Of a stretch of 64,000 bases of DNA, positions 42,601 to 55,376 are shown one piece after another. Under the pieces are notes generated by a model. The model worked only from the letters and a program-made list of their open reading frames with translations, was not told where the DNA came from and searched no databases. Origin of the DNA: Trichoplax sp. H2 (taxonomy: Eukaryota); assembly GCA_003344405.1 (NCBI GenBank), contig NOWV01000016.1, forward strand, positions 248,001 to 312,000, written 5' to 3'. Made by a program: the position numbers and the translations under genes. Each line of letters opens with the position of its first letter. The stretch's first letter is position 1.

Positions 42601-43916
42601 AAGGGATACAATTAATCGATATAGAATTTTTGAAGAAATCATAATCAGGTTAAGAATTAACTATTGCAAACAATTGATCGATATAGAATTCTTTACGTAA
42701 TTGTCTAAGGAAGTAGGCAAATGATAATAATCAAACTTTAAAATTTGGGAATGTTAGAAGCGAAAGAGACTCAATAGTAAAATCTGCGACTTTAATATTA
42801 TTAAGAACTATGGAAGGCGATCAATAGATATAAAGTTCTTTTACTTCTTGCCACGGCTACTCAAGAATGGGCATATATTTAATAACAAATGGAAGCCTTT
42901 TGATGTGAACATTAAATATGCAACAACAGATCAAAGTCTTACTAGGTTCGCTAATTTTACTATTGTTGACGACTAGATATGAAAAGCGATGGATAAGTAT
43001 AAAATTCTTTTGCTTTTCACCGAGGTTACTCGAGAAAGGGTAGTCAATTTTATGAGCTAAGAAAGTTTCTGATCTAAATATTAAATAGGCCACAACAGAT
43101 ATAAGGCATATTCTGTTTGCTATTCTTGATCATATAAAGAACTAATTATGAAAGGCAACGGATAAATATAAGATTCTTTTACTTCTCACAATGGCCACTC
43201 AAGAAAGAGCAATAATTTTAATGACAAAATGAAAATTTCTGATTTTCTTCCAACACTCAATATACTACAATACGTATAAGCTCCGTTTTGTTATACAAAT
43301 TATATACGTCGAATTTTTAAGCTATCTTGAGGCTGTATCATGATCAATTTGATGGAAAAATGAACACTTTTGATTTCACTACCAACGCTTAATGTGCTAT
43401 AAATTATAATGGATAGAAGCTCTATTATTCTAATTAAGTCGAATTTTTAAGTTCTTATGACGACGATGTATTATGATCAATTTCGTGAAAAAAATGAACA
43501 CTAGATGTACTGTAATGGGTATAAATTCTGCCATCTTGATTAAGCCGACTTTTTAAGCTATATTAGAGCTGTATTATGATATATTTCATAGAAAAAATAA
43601 GCACTTTTGAATATACTTTAGGGATTCAATATGCTATAACAAGTATGAAATCGGCTTAATCTTTCAAGTTATTATTTTTCCTATTTTGAAGCTATATCTT
43701 ACCAAGAACAGCCGAAAATCAACAATGATAATGGATACTTACATGACCAGAACTACCTCGAGGCACAAGGACATTAACAATTTGCGGTGCTTGTTCGTCT
43801 AGTTGCAGTTTGTGGCATAGCGATATCAATTCTTCTTTCGTTAAAAAGCCATCGCCATCATGATCACAGGTCATAAAGACTTCGTGTAACTGGGCTTCAT
43901 AAGCTTCTTCATCCAT
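33629..43916 (-). CDS. NIN: Ninein / ninein-like centrosomal protein (N-terminal EF-hands plus long coiled coil), 20 exons, ~1504 aa
   Basis: Exons (5'->3') 43916-43743, 42461-42365, 41418-41282, 41116-40901, 40759-40586, 40456-40332, 40219-40147, 40068-39978, 39837-39786, 39619-39479, 39370-39196, 38316-38200, 38058-37671, 36951-35394, 35248-35143, 35034-34900, 34789-34595, 34484-34335, 34172-33960, 33826-33629 splice in frame (4515 nt). Ninein hallmarks: N-terminal MDEEAYEAQLHEVF..DHDGDGFLTKEEL..LC..L.L, ISFEQFKSG, KRYGRRS, LDENKDGTLSFDEF, one very large coiled-coil exon, and C-terminal ELYLEN. May be co-orthologous to vertebrate NIN and NINL. Confidence 0.9.
38495..38515 (-). CDS. Candidate 21-nt symmetric microexon of ninein (IRDSLTR)
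   Basis: actcttttcttgctctacttgtaag|ATCAGGGATAGTTTGACCAGA|gtgagt lies within a phase-0 intron and preserves frame. Confidence 0.5.
41600..42050. repeat. Intronic ~115-bp tandem repeat, 4 copies (ninein intron 2)
   Basis: TATTACTAT.C.TG.G.TA....TAGATTTAT.AT...ATCTTT.A.CTT at about 41601, 41728, 41841 and 41958. Confidence 0.75.
42570..43625. repeat. Cluster of short degenerate intronic tandem repeats (ninein intron 1)
   Basis: AAGAAATCATAATCAGGTT.AGAATT x2; ATA.ATATAA..TTCTTTT.CTT...GG..ACTC.AGAA x3; GTCGAATTTTTAAG...TGTAT.ATGATCAATTT x3. Confidence 0.6.
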
Positions 43917-44982
43917 TTCTGCCTGTAGAAGATGAATATATTATTACATCGGATAGCTATAACCAATTCTATATGGTTAAGATTGTATCAAGATATTAAT
44001 AATAAAAGTTTTAATTGTTTATTCCTTGAATAATGTCTATCGATTATTAATAGCGTCACAATAATTAATGGTTAAAAAGCATATTATTCTGTCGCTAATG
44101 ATCTCTACTGTCGGATAAGATCCATTTCAATCAAGGAAATCGGAATCACCATTGCTAAATGGATACACTATCCAGTTGGGTATCGTTTAGAAAGAATCGA
44201 TTCTTCTAGATTGATACTTTGATGAAAATTGATGTCTATGTAATTAATGATGATTCCTCGTCTATGTTATTTCTGCTGGCAGACAGTACTCGAATGAACT
44301 CATTTCTCCATTTTAAAGTTTCTCTTGAAAAGGATTAAATGTTAAGCGATAGGTAGGGTAGGCGAGAAAACGATACAATCATTGCAGGAAAATGATAAAA
44401 TTGAACAGAATTTTTACACTGATGGACAACTGTGTCAAGATTCTCGAGACTGCTACATGGGAAATAGGATTTTAAATCAATAGAAATCTTATATAATGAG
44501 TTCAATAAATGGTTAATAAAATCTTGTGAATACTAATGATAACAATGGATAAGAAAGTTATATTTAAATGTAGAATAAATAACATTCAAGGGCGAAAATG
44601 GATTCAAAATGGGTGTTTTTTATATCATAAAATAGAGAAGATTGTAATTTGAGTTAGTAAGGCCCATGGGATCGATGGATATTTGAACTAATACAGTGGT
44701 AGTTCATGGGCAATTAAGGAAGAAAGTAAATGAGGTATGATGATAGCGGGTAGGATAGGCCTAGCTGAAAAATGATCAATACCCAATAAAGCAGGAGTAT
44801 GGATATAGAAATAAAATAGGTAAACGATCATAGATGGAAATAGACTACTCCATTATGATTATATCTCGATTATATTGATGACATGATGATTGGATTTAGA
44901 ATTCTATGGTAGCAAGTTATAGGTAAAGAAATCAAAAATAAGCAGGTCCACAGCAAAACGAATAAGATAGAAAGAAAATAAC

Positions 44983-45442
44983 TATGTAGACGATTCTAGA
45001 CAGGGTTTAAGGTTTGGAGGAACATCGTCAACGTTTGACAGTTGGTTACTTTTTCTTTTAAAGGACTATTTTCGTGTACAGAAGGTGAAAAATTAATGAG
45101 GCGTAATAAAACATTGGAGACGGAAGTTTTCGAAGGTGGTCCACTCCAAAATGAACTAGAAGGAACTATATTGATAGTTCTAGATAGGAGGTGGGAAATT
45201 AATGAGGCGCAATAAAACAGATAAATATTATATGTAGACGATTCTAGATAGGGTTTGATGGAGCATTGGCAGCGTTTAATAGTTAATTACCGTACTTTCT
45301 TTTTTAAGACTATCTCTTCGACAGGAGGTGAAAAATTAATGGGGCGTAATAAAAAAGATGAGATAGAAGTATTTAAAGACGCAAAACTCCAAATCAGCAA
45401 GACGGAGAGAAATGAAGAAAGCGTATGGAGACAATTCTAGCT
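44983..45442. repeat. Degenerate local duplication
   Basis: TATGTAGACGATTCTAGA.AGGGTTT at about 44983 and 45231; AAATTAATG.GGCG.AATAAAA x3. Confidence 0.6.
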
Positions 45443-48400
45443 AGGATGAAATAGAATAGTATATTACTCTAGTCCATTAGTTTTCATTCTTTAAGTGCTT
45501 TAGCAAATTTCATAATTCTGATGATGATGGTAAAATCTCGATTGAATTTGAATCACTCTAGCCATGCAAGAGCGATCAACCGTTGCAAGAGCTATGCAAA
45601 GTTTACTTATCCTGATTTATATGTTTAGATATTCATCTTTGAACTCTTTTATATACAGTCTTAGTCAAATAGCAGCGGCAAGACGCTAATCATAACAAAC
45701 TATCAAGATTGCCCCAAAAGACAGAATACTTCCGGCAAAGTAGATTATAAATACAATCTTAGCCTATTTCAACTGTTTTAGAATTTTTGTAAGGGTTGGC
45801 AAGTGGAAAATGATGGAGCTAAGTAAATCTGTGGGGAGCAATGTTGCAAATGGGTAGCTGGATAGGTTTAAAGTGCTTACTCTTGAGTACGATATTTTCT
45901 ACAAATAAAAGTACCGCGAACGTGGAAGTACCTAAAAGACATCCTTGGATTGCATTAGGGTTTATTATGGAGATTAGAATCTGTTATAGACAAGGTAGAA
46001 AGATTGCCACTGTGATAGTGAATTTGGAGGTAGAAAGAAGAGATTTTGTTACTGCTAAAATGATGTTGGATATCATAAAACGGAACCCATCAGTATAACT
46101 AGAGTAAAGCTTAGGCAAAGTCTACACTTCCTTTTTTTAACTTTATCTATCAAATTGCAACTACGGAGGATGGAAGAAGAAGTAACTCTTTCTTGATTTA
46201 CAAGATATAGAACGATTGTGAATATGAAATTTGAAATAATGAAAGGATTTATATCAATCGATTGCTTGCAATCGGAAATCATCACTTATTTTAACATAGT
46301 TGTACTTTAATAAAGTGACAGAAGAATGAATCATTAAAATCCATTTGGTGAAAGAGAAGAAATGGAAGTAATGGCATTCCAATTTTTCCAGTTGAGAATA
46401 TGAAAATGTAGCCTTTTGAGGCATTAACCAGGACAATAGAATAAGTATCTAAATTGATTAGAATATGCTTAATGATGAACTATTAGCTGGAACATGTAGG
46501 AAAAGATTGCCTTGACCATCCATGCTAGGCGTATATAATTTTTATAGCCGTCAAAAGAAGTAGGGTATTGGAAGTAGAAGCATCGATCATGACAGGAATT
46601 AAAAGAATATTTCCATTCATCTTTGATTAGATAATCGTTCTAGTTCCCCTTTCCCGATCGCTGTGTCAGGCTATTTTAATTTTTCCTATCTTAGCCGCGA
46701 CCTATGTACCCACTGGATATAAAAGTATTTATCGCATCGTAGCTTATGAATACATTTTAGGGTTAGCGTCCTTAGCTGGTATAACTAGATACTCGTTCCC
46801 GATTATGTAAGCTGATAAAGATGATGTACCGATTGCTGATCCATCTCTAGCTTAATCTATCCACACTTACTTCTAGCCACAGAAAGGATTAACCCTTAAC
46901 TTGCGGGAAATATTCTCTTTTTTTGCTGCCTAGGCCAATTCAAGTTGAAGTTGATAATTTGATTCGTTGTTCACTCAACGAGTAGAATATTCTAATGGCT
47001 TGTCGAGAAGAAGAATTGAATAGATTTAATGTATAGAAGTCAATGTTAGAATCATTATTTGTTCAATGTCAATACAATGTAGAGACAATCGGATAGCAAT
47101 GTCTTTCTCCTTCCATCGTCTCCAACTCGCTAGTTTGTAACCACTTTTCTTGCCTACTATGTTGTATCCTTCATTTCATCGACTGTAGGGTATAAGTAGA
47201 GCGGTGTATTTAGCTCACCACAGTAGACAAGATTGAAAATGGAAGCTGCAATCCGCGATCTGGGTTAACGCCTTGGATGATTACTATAGTAACGGTGGTT
47301 AGGGACGCTGACTCATCGATTGCAAGATGGAAGAAGAGAAAAGAGATAGGATAAAACATACAATTCATCAATAATTCAATCTTAATTAATAACCATAATC
47401 ATCATTGTCATTAGAATAATAATTATCATGTTATGCTAATCCTGTGGATGCTGGATCACATGATTTGCCCACTTTCTTCAATAGATGAAATCAATTCAAC
47501 AGTTGTTGATGCCATGATCAACAGCCTATTAATTCAAGCTGGAACTAGAGAAATAATATGCAGGACAATGCTCTAGCTTGGCTCAAGGTTGTTTATTCAA
47601 AAATCATTCTATCAAGACGATAAAGAACATGGTCAAGCTGTCATCATACAATACATTCAATACTATTTTTCAACCTGTCAATTATTTCAATTCTTATTAT
47701 GGTAAAAATAACATGAAATCAAATCGACTTTTTTAGCTTGTTATATGATTGAATTGATTATATTAATTATGCTTGGATATAGGATAATTGGTTGATAAAA
47801 ATACAATTTGTATTAGGTTACGATAACTTGAATACGGAATACAACAATAAAGAGGGAAGATGGCGGTAGTCATGTTATTCGCTATGAACGGGGTTATACT
47901 ATATAGTGGCAGCTCATTCAATTAGAGTAGCATCTATTTTCGTCAATGATAGCGATAAATAAGCCAACGTTTTTTTCCCTTAATCGCTCCTAAATGCTTT
48001 CAATTAAAGTATAATTTTAATCGGAATGACCCATTTGAAATATGAATGGTATGTTTGTTATGGATTGGTATTTCAGAACAACTTATTATTAAATCGAATA
48101 TTTCATACTCTATTATGCCTATAAAATGCAAAGTCTGAATGGAAATAAAATAAGATGAATAGGGTGGACTATAGACATTCCATAATACTATAGTATATGA
48201 ATGGAATAAGTTTCTAACTCTAGTCTTATTAATATAGAATAACATATCATTTGACAGTATAAGGCCATCAATTGGCTAAAGAGAGAGCCATAAACTACTA
48301 GAAATTTTTTACCTAAAAATTTCCAGTAGTTCATGGAAGGGGCCATGATTAATTCAATTGAATATGATTTCATCTATGATGACTAGTCCTAACTATGAAT

Positions 48401-48639
48401 GGTATAATTGTTATTTATAGGTGATTGATACTTGATAAATGAATAACAAGTGGCTATTACAATGCTTGAATACGAATATAGCATTCTTTCTGGACGATTT
48501 ATTCTCTGTTAGACGTACGATTTCATAGTTTGAATGAAATAAATTCTTGTAATAATAAATTTGGTCATGGTAGTCGTATTAAGTTATCCTGGTATAAGAT
48601 ATAACATTGCTGACGTTATTGCCCATCCATCGTTCATTG

Positions 48640-50420
48640 ATTAATGCAAATTAACATAGTCTGATCCATCAATTACCAATTCTAACTATTAATGACATAT
48701 TTGTTGTTTATACATATGTGGTCTCTATATGAAAACAATCTTTTAGGCTTTTCATATTCTATTTACTACGTATATTTTTAAATACTGCCACAACTACTCT
48801 TGTGACACAAGAAACAACACACTGCTTATAATAAACTTTGCTTTAATCCGCAGAACTACTTCCCTAGCCTACAGTATAGTAACTGGAATCCTTGCGAAGT
48901 ACTAACTCGCTTAACACAATACGCGTATACGATATATATCTATCATACAACTTAGACTTAACCTGAATCACTTTTTATTGATCACACTCCTTCCAATATA
49001 CTCTTTCAGTGGTTATAAACATATTTCGATAATAAACATCTTGTTACGATTGAATTATGAAATACGGACATTCGAGGTAATAAACAATTTCATACGTAAA
49101 TCTACTTCGACCATAAGCCCTGTCAAGCTCCTATGTTCTCGATACTTACTTGTACCATAATAACTTAGGTTATTACTAACAATAACAATTCCTAAAGTAG
49201 TGGTTCATACTTCTTAAAAGTTCAAAACAAACTGTTATCATAAACTACACATCCATATCAAAGCTATTTTGATGACTGTGACAATACATAGCTCGAAAGA
49301 GAAGGAAATAATATGCGTTTCATGTCCTATTAAATTTTACATAATTCTAATCATACATATGTGGCCAATACTTACTCATATTTTTATATATACGAGTATA
49401 TGTTATTACTACTTAATAACAAGTTGTTAATGACAACTCTCCTTTGGACTTTCCATTCTCTATTTATTACGCATATTTTAAAATGCGTAGCTCGAATGGA
49501 AAGAAAATTATATATATTTCATATGCTCTTTAGCCTTACCCAACTCTAACCATGAATGACATATTTGTTCTTTATACGTAAGTGATCAATACTTAATAAC
49601 AAGTTGTTATGAAAACACTCTTTTGAACTTTTCATACTCTATTCATTACGAATATTTTTAAATGCATAGTTTGAATGGAAAGGAAATGATGTACGTTTCA
49701 TATGCTATTTAGTTTTACTCAATTCTAATTATGAATGACATATTTGTTGTTTGTACATATGTGGTCAGTACTTACATGCGTATATATATATATATATATA
49801 TATTATTACTACTCAATAACAAGTTGTTAATGATAACAGTCCTTAGGACTTTCTATTCTCTATTTACCACGTATGTTTAAAATGCGTAGCTGAAATGGAA
49901 AGAAAATTATATACTGTTATATTTCACGAGCTATTTAGCTTTACCCAGTTTAACTGTGAATGACATGTTTGCTATTTATACATATATATGTATTATATTT
50001 TAAAATGCGTAGCTTGTATGGATAGAGAATTATATATATATTGCATGTGCTATTTAACTTTACCCAATTCTAATCGTGAATGATTTATTTATTATTTATA
50101 TATATATGATCAGTACTTAATTACAAGTTGCAATGAAAACTTCCTTTTGTGCTTTTCATTCTCTATTTATTACGTATATTTTAAAATGCATAATTTGAAT
50201 GGAAGAAAGTAATACACGATTCATATGCTATGCTTTACTTTGGCTTTACATAATTCCATCGATGAATGACATATTTGTTGTTTATACCTACGTGTGTTCA
50301 GTGCTTACTCATGCATATGTTATGGTCAACGTCGATAATCATAATATTCCTTTAAACTTTTCAATCTCTATTTATTATATTTTAAAAAGCATAGTTCGAA
50401 TGAAAAGATTACTAGCACTA
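48640..50420. repeat. Degenerate ~170-240-bp tandem repeat array, ~7 copies
   Basis: ATGAATGACATATTTGTT, CTTAATAACAAGTTG, CATTCTCTATTTA.TACG.ATATTTTAAAATGC.TAG and GAATGGAAAG recur many times. Confidence 0.8.
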
Positions 50421-53400
50421 CATCAATTATTTACTCGTCAATGCAATATAAGATAATTTGATCCATAATTACCAACTCTAGCTCTGAATAGCATGACTAC
50501 CATTCAGGCCTGATAAACTGAGAATAAATTTCTCTTTGTCACGATACTTGTACTGTAACGAGTATTATTACATACAGTATGTAGATTCTTAGTAAATATA
50601 AAACTAATTCATTTTCGGGTAAGGGCAAATAAATTAGTTAGATATCTAATCCATAAGAGAGTTTAAAGATCAAGTCGTGTTTTGATCATGGTTAATCTCG
50701 TGTTATATGCGTGCTCTAACCCATCTTTATCAACGATTTTGTCGCCGGGCCAATACAAGAAGCTTTACGAGGACTACCTTGTCAAGAATTTATTTATAGT
50801 ATATGAATGAATATAATACTCATATTTCTAAGAATTTGCATTATCAATGAATGATATGTTATGTTAATTATTTTGATCGATTAGTGCTTATGAAATGGTC
50901 CTATTACAATAATTGTTAACATCTAAACATAGGTTTGTTGCTCTGTATCCATATATATTCCAATTTCTACTTGATTGTTCAATCATTATTTATGATATTA
51001 ACTTTCTGATTGCTCCTAGCTGTGATGTTCGTTGAATAACTTGTGAAAAATTGTTATTTCTGTCTAAATTTCAATATACTAGATGGTAATCTTGCCTTTT
51101 ATGATGTGCTTAGAATATTTTATGCACGTCACTAAGCAAGATTACATTCATGCGTAGGCATTAAATAGCAATATCACGTGCACCATCAAATACTTGGCAT
51201 TTATTGGAAATTAGAGTAATAAAGTTTCGTTACCTTGCATATCAAAACGTATTCCAATTTCTAAAATATCTGGTAAGGATGTCATTGCTTTCGTAAGCTG
51301 CGTTACGAATATCAGAGTCGGCTAGCTAATATCAGAAAAATGTTTGTCGTAAAAAGTAGCTATTATATCGATCTAAGCTTGGAATCTTACATATTCTAAT
51401 TAAGCTATAAAAACTTGAAAGCATTTAAATATCCACAATAATGTCGTAGCTGTATGGGCATCGTTCAAATTAATTTAAATTTAATTTATTAGAGTTGAAA
51501 AAAAGGCTAGGTCCAACTAAAATAATTTAAGTATTAAGATTATCGTTATTAGATAAGGTAGAATTTCTGTTATTGATTTAAATGTAAAATGCGCTCTATT
51601 TTCTAAAGTAAAATGTTATCTTATGGAGTTGGCTAATGGTATTATTACAAATTTTGATACCAATATTGATCGAGAATGGACGTAGAATAATACCTACTGT
51701 TTTAGAAATATTAAAAATATTTAATCCAATTTTCAATTACGATATCAGGTATAAAATCGTTTTATGAATTTCGTCCCAAAATAATCGATGTGAAAGGGTC
51801 AATTCTATTGATTGGAAATTGACCTTATAAAGTTTAGCATTTCATCTGCATCAAATTCTAATCATGTTATCGGCGTTGGGTTGATTCATGAATTTAATTG
51901 TAGATAAATTAACGTCATAACACTAGAATAAATAAATTAAAATTGCGTTTCCATAAATTGATTAGTTTATAATTGCATTAAAATTTTACTATTGTTTTTA
52001 ATTACAAAGCGTAATAATTATAGAAATCAAAGAATGTAATTTACGTAATCTTACTTATAAATTTTCATCTAAGCTCATGTACGTTAAAACTTACGATCAT
52101 ATTAATGCAGTTGTTGTAAAGCCTACACGCATTTTCTTAATAATTTTCGTAAAATATTTATCTCTCAGTCAATAAAAGATGGCAATAAATACAGTATTGC
52201 TTTTAGTTCACTAGTTACTAATGTAATTGAGACATAAGTTCTTTATTTTATCTAAGAAATGATCATATTGCTATTTCAGTTCTATCGCACTTTAAATTTT
52301 TGATCCCGTATCTGATAGCACATTTCCGTTCAGTAAATAGTGTTTAAGCTTATTTAGATATCACCAATATTTCCTTATTACATGCTAGATAAGATTCGCT
52401 GCTTAATTAAATTAAAGCTAGATTTAATTCTTTTCCAATCGTTTTTTCGTACGCGAATAGCGATATAGAGAATACTATCTAATTATAGTTCTAATCACGT
52501 TAAGGCATTAATTGTAGCTCATATCGTAAATACTGACGTAGATTTAATAAAATTAGGATAACAAAAAATCACTGCTTGATTTGTTAAAAAATTAAATCAT
52601 TTAGTATTGCTTATCAATTTACTTTGCTATTGATTACATAAAATGCCGACGGTATGTTATGATTATATTATCGGCATAGTAACGGTTTTCTTGTAACTAG
52701 ACAAAAATATAAGTCTCGGCTTTGATTGCTGTTAATCTATGCCTATAGCTATATCAAACTCACGTTTTATTCATCAAAGCTACTAACTATGATAACAGGC
52801 GGGGTCTCTGTCATCATTATCGTTGTATCTCTGTCATTAACGCATTAGTCTTGCAAATAAAAGTAGAAAAATCCACCTACTTAAGCTATTGATAATTTTA
52901 TCATTATTTTAGTAAGGTTTTCTGTCTATCAAATAATATAGTTTTATTATTTTGAAGCAAAAATAATCCATAGTAATACTTTTGAATCGATTAACTGTAC
53001 GCAGTGCTATTTCCTGGAATGATGCGATCAAACTATTTATAGCCCAGAGACAGAAGGATTAGACCGAATTGTTTCCATACTTATAATCATAATTAATTAG
53101 AATCAATAGGCTCACATATTATATAACAGAATAGGAAATAACATCGCTCTCAGGACAGAAAGTAACAGCATTTAATAAATAAATAATAATCCTACTATTA
53201 GTTTATATAGACACTTAGCTATAGCAGTGCCTCATAGCCAATTTATGAATACCGTTGATAGATTGATTTGTTTCTGCTTTAGGAAATAAAGAGTTAGAGC
53301 TACAATTTATCAATTGTTTTCCATATGCTATTGGTTACAATGTCAGTAAATAGTAAGGAGTTTGGGAAATGAAAAACTTATTACGAGAAAGTCTAGAGAG

Positions 53401-55376
53401 GATAATAACACTGACATCAGTAATCTGAAAAAAGATTGCACGTTAGCTGTCAGGAACTAAGAATTGTTTATTTAATTATTCAGACGTAGCTCATACAGAT
53501 TTCAATATATGGAACGCAAAATAAGTCTCGATATATATAAATATAATAAGCAATAGTGATAATAAGAATGAGACTTGTATAGCAATTAATTCCGCTAGTA
53601 AGCATCACTGTTTCAATCTGATATGAAGTTACGATCTAGTTAAAGTTCCTTGGCAAAATAATCATGAATTATCGTATCAAGCTAATAACTACAATATGAT
53701 GAAAAGAGCAACAATAGGAGCTAGGGAGTAAATATATCAAATAATCTCGTCTTATGAAATATCAGATCGTATGGGGCAGTTCATGTTATCAACACAGAAT
53801 AATTCTACCGTTTCTTTAAATTTCTGATTAAAATATCGGTAATTTTATCAATTACAAACAGGATAATGATGAAATCTAACTTATAATAATTAAAAAATAT
53901 AACTAAATTTAAAGGTTTAGCTGTAATTGTTAAAGATAGATACGAGTAGGTATTTGCAAATCTTTCGTGTTTTAATATCGAAGAAAAGTTCAAGAACGGT
54001 CAGCTATAATCATTTGTTGATATTTATAATTTACTTTTCGGGTCAATGAACTCAGAAAACACTAAATTGCTCAGTTGTATAATTTTAATACAATCTTGGG
54101 CGTTTTAACTCCTTTCTTGCAATTAAATTTCTATTTGCTATCTAGATTAGAATAATTTATTTTATAAAATTTAAAGCGGAGAACGCCTTTCATTAAGATT
54201 AGAATTTTAGTTACCCTGCATGCAAGCAAGTAATGGTTTGTTGGACTAAAATTAAAAGCTAATAAGATCTTTCAGTCGAATAATTGTTTAACTGTTTACT
54301 TGTGGCATTCATACTCGTATTCTAAACTTGAGTGATCATATCGATCAGTATCACAAGTTACGACTACTATGCCGTATAGTAACAAGATTGCTAAATTTGG
54401 CTTAATAAACTTGAGGAAAAGTCTGGGTTGAATAGAAAGCAGATTTTATACCTATATAGTACTGCTGCTTTAAAATTAGACCGTATTAGCTAAAAATAAT
54501 TTTAAAGTAATAGTAAACCTATTTTAAAATTCTACATATTGTAAAATAGGCTTCAAAATCGCGCAAATAGTTAAAAATGTGATTTTTTTAGTAAAGATAA
54601 GTACGGCAATAATTATACTGTAGTGGATCTGAACTTTATTCCGTTGCTTAGTAAGACATGATTGTCGTGACATGTTTCGAAATAGGTAATAAATCTTAGT
54701 GAGATTAGTTTGCATGCTCAATAGTGGTACACTTTTAACCTTTACTGTATTATTTTGTGCAGTGAGAAATAATAATTGATTAACACCAATTATCAAATAA
54801 ATCAAAATAATAGATTATATAATTGAATGCCGCTAATGAAACAGCATTCATGACTATATTTGATGATCTAGATAAGCTAGGAAAGATTAATATAACTTAG
54901 TAAAATTCTTCATTAATCATAAATAGTGTCTACTATACAATACCATGACAACTCAAACTATCAATCATTAAAACTATAGAAATAGATTAATTATGTGTAA
55001 TGATTAATGATTTATGTATATTTATAAGCGTGATCTAGGATAGCTTACATCAAAAGAGTAATCTAACATTGAATTATTGAATTCTATGCAGATGCAGTTC
55101 AGGGCTATACGTGCAGGATAAAAAAACTATTTTTATTTTATTTTCATGTTTATGGGCTACTGCTTACCAAAGATGAGCATATCCATATCTTTTCGATGCT
55201 GCTTACTTAATTTAACATGGAAGTAAGATAAGATGTGAAATGATGTAGTCTGAAGTTCGTTTTCGACTTAATTTAGCATAAATTTGTAGCCTTAATTAAA
55301 TTTGATAGCCAAATTCATATGCCGCACAGTCGAATATGGAAAAGAATTATAAAGTAGAATGAAGACAATAATTGTT

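Noticed and set aside
45493-45561. Plus-strand peptide KCFSKFHNSDDDGKISIEFESL resembling an EF-hand loop
   Set aside because: Spacing does not fit the 12-residue loop, it is opposite in strand to the ninein genes, and it stops immediately; probably chance.
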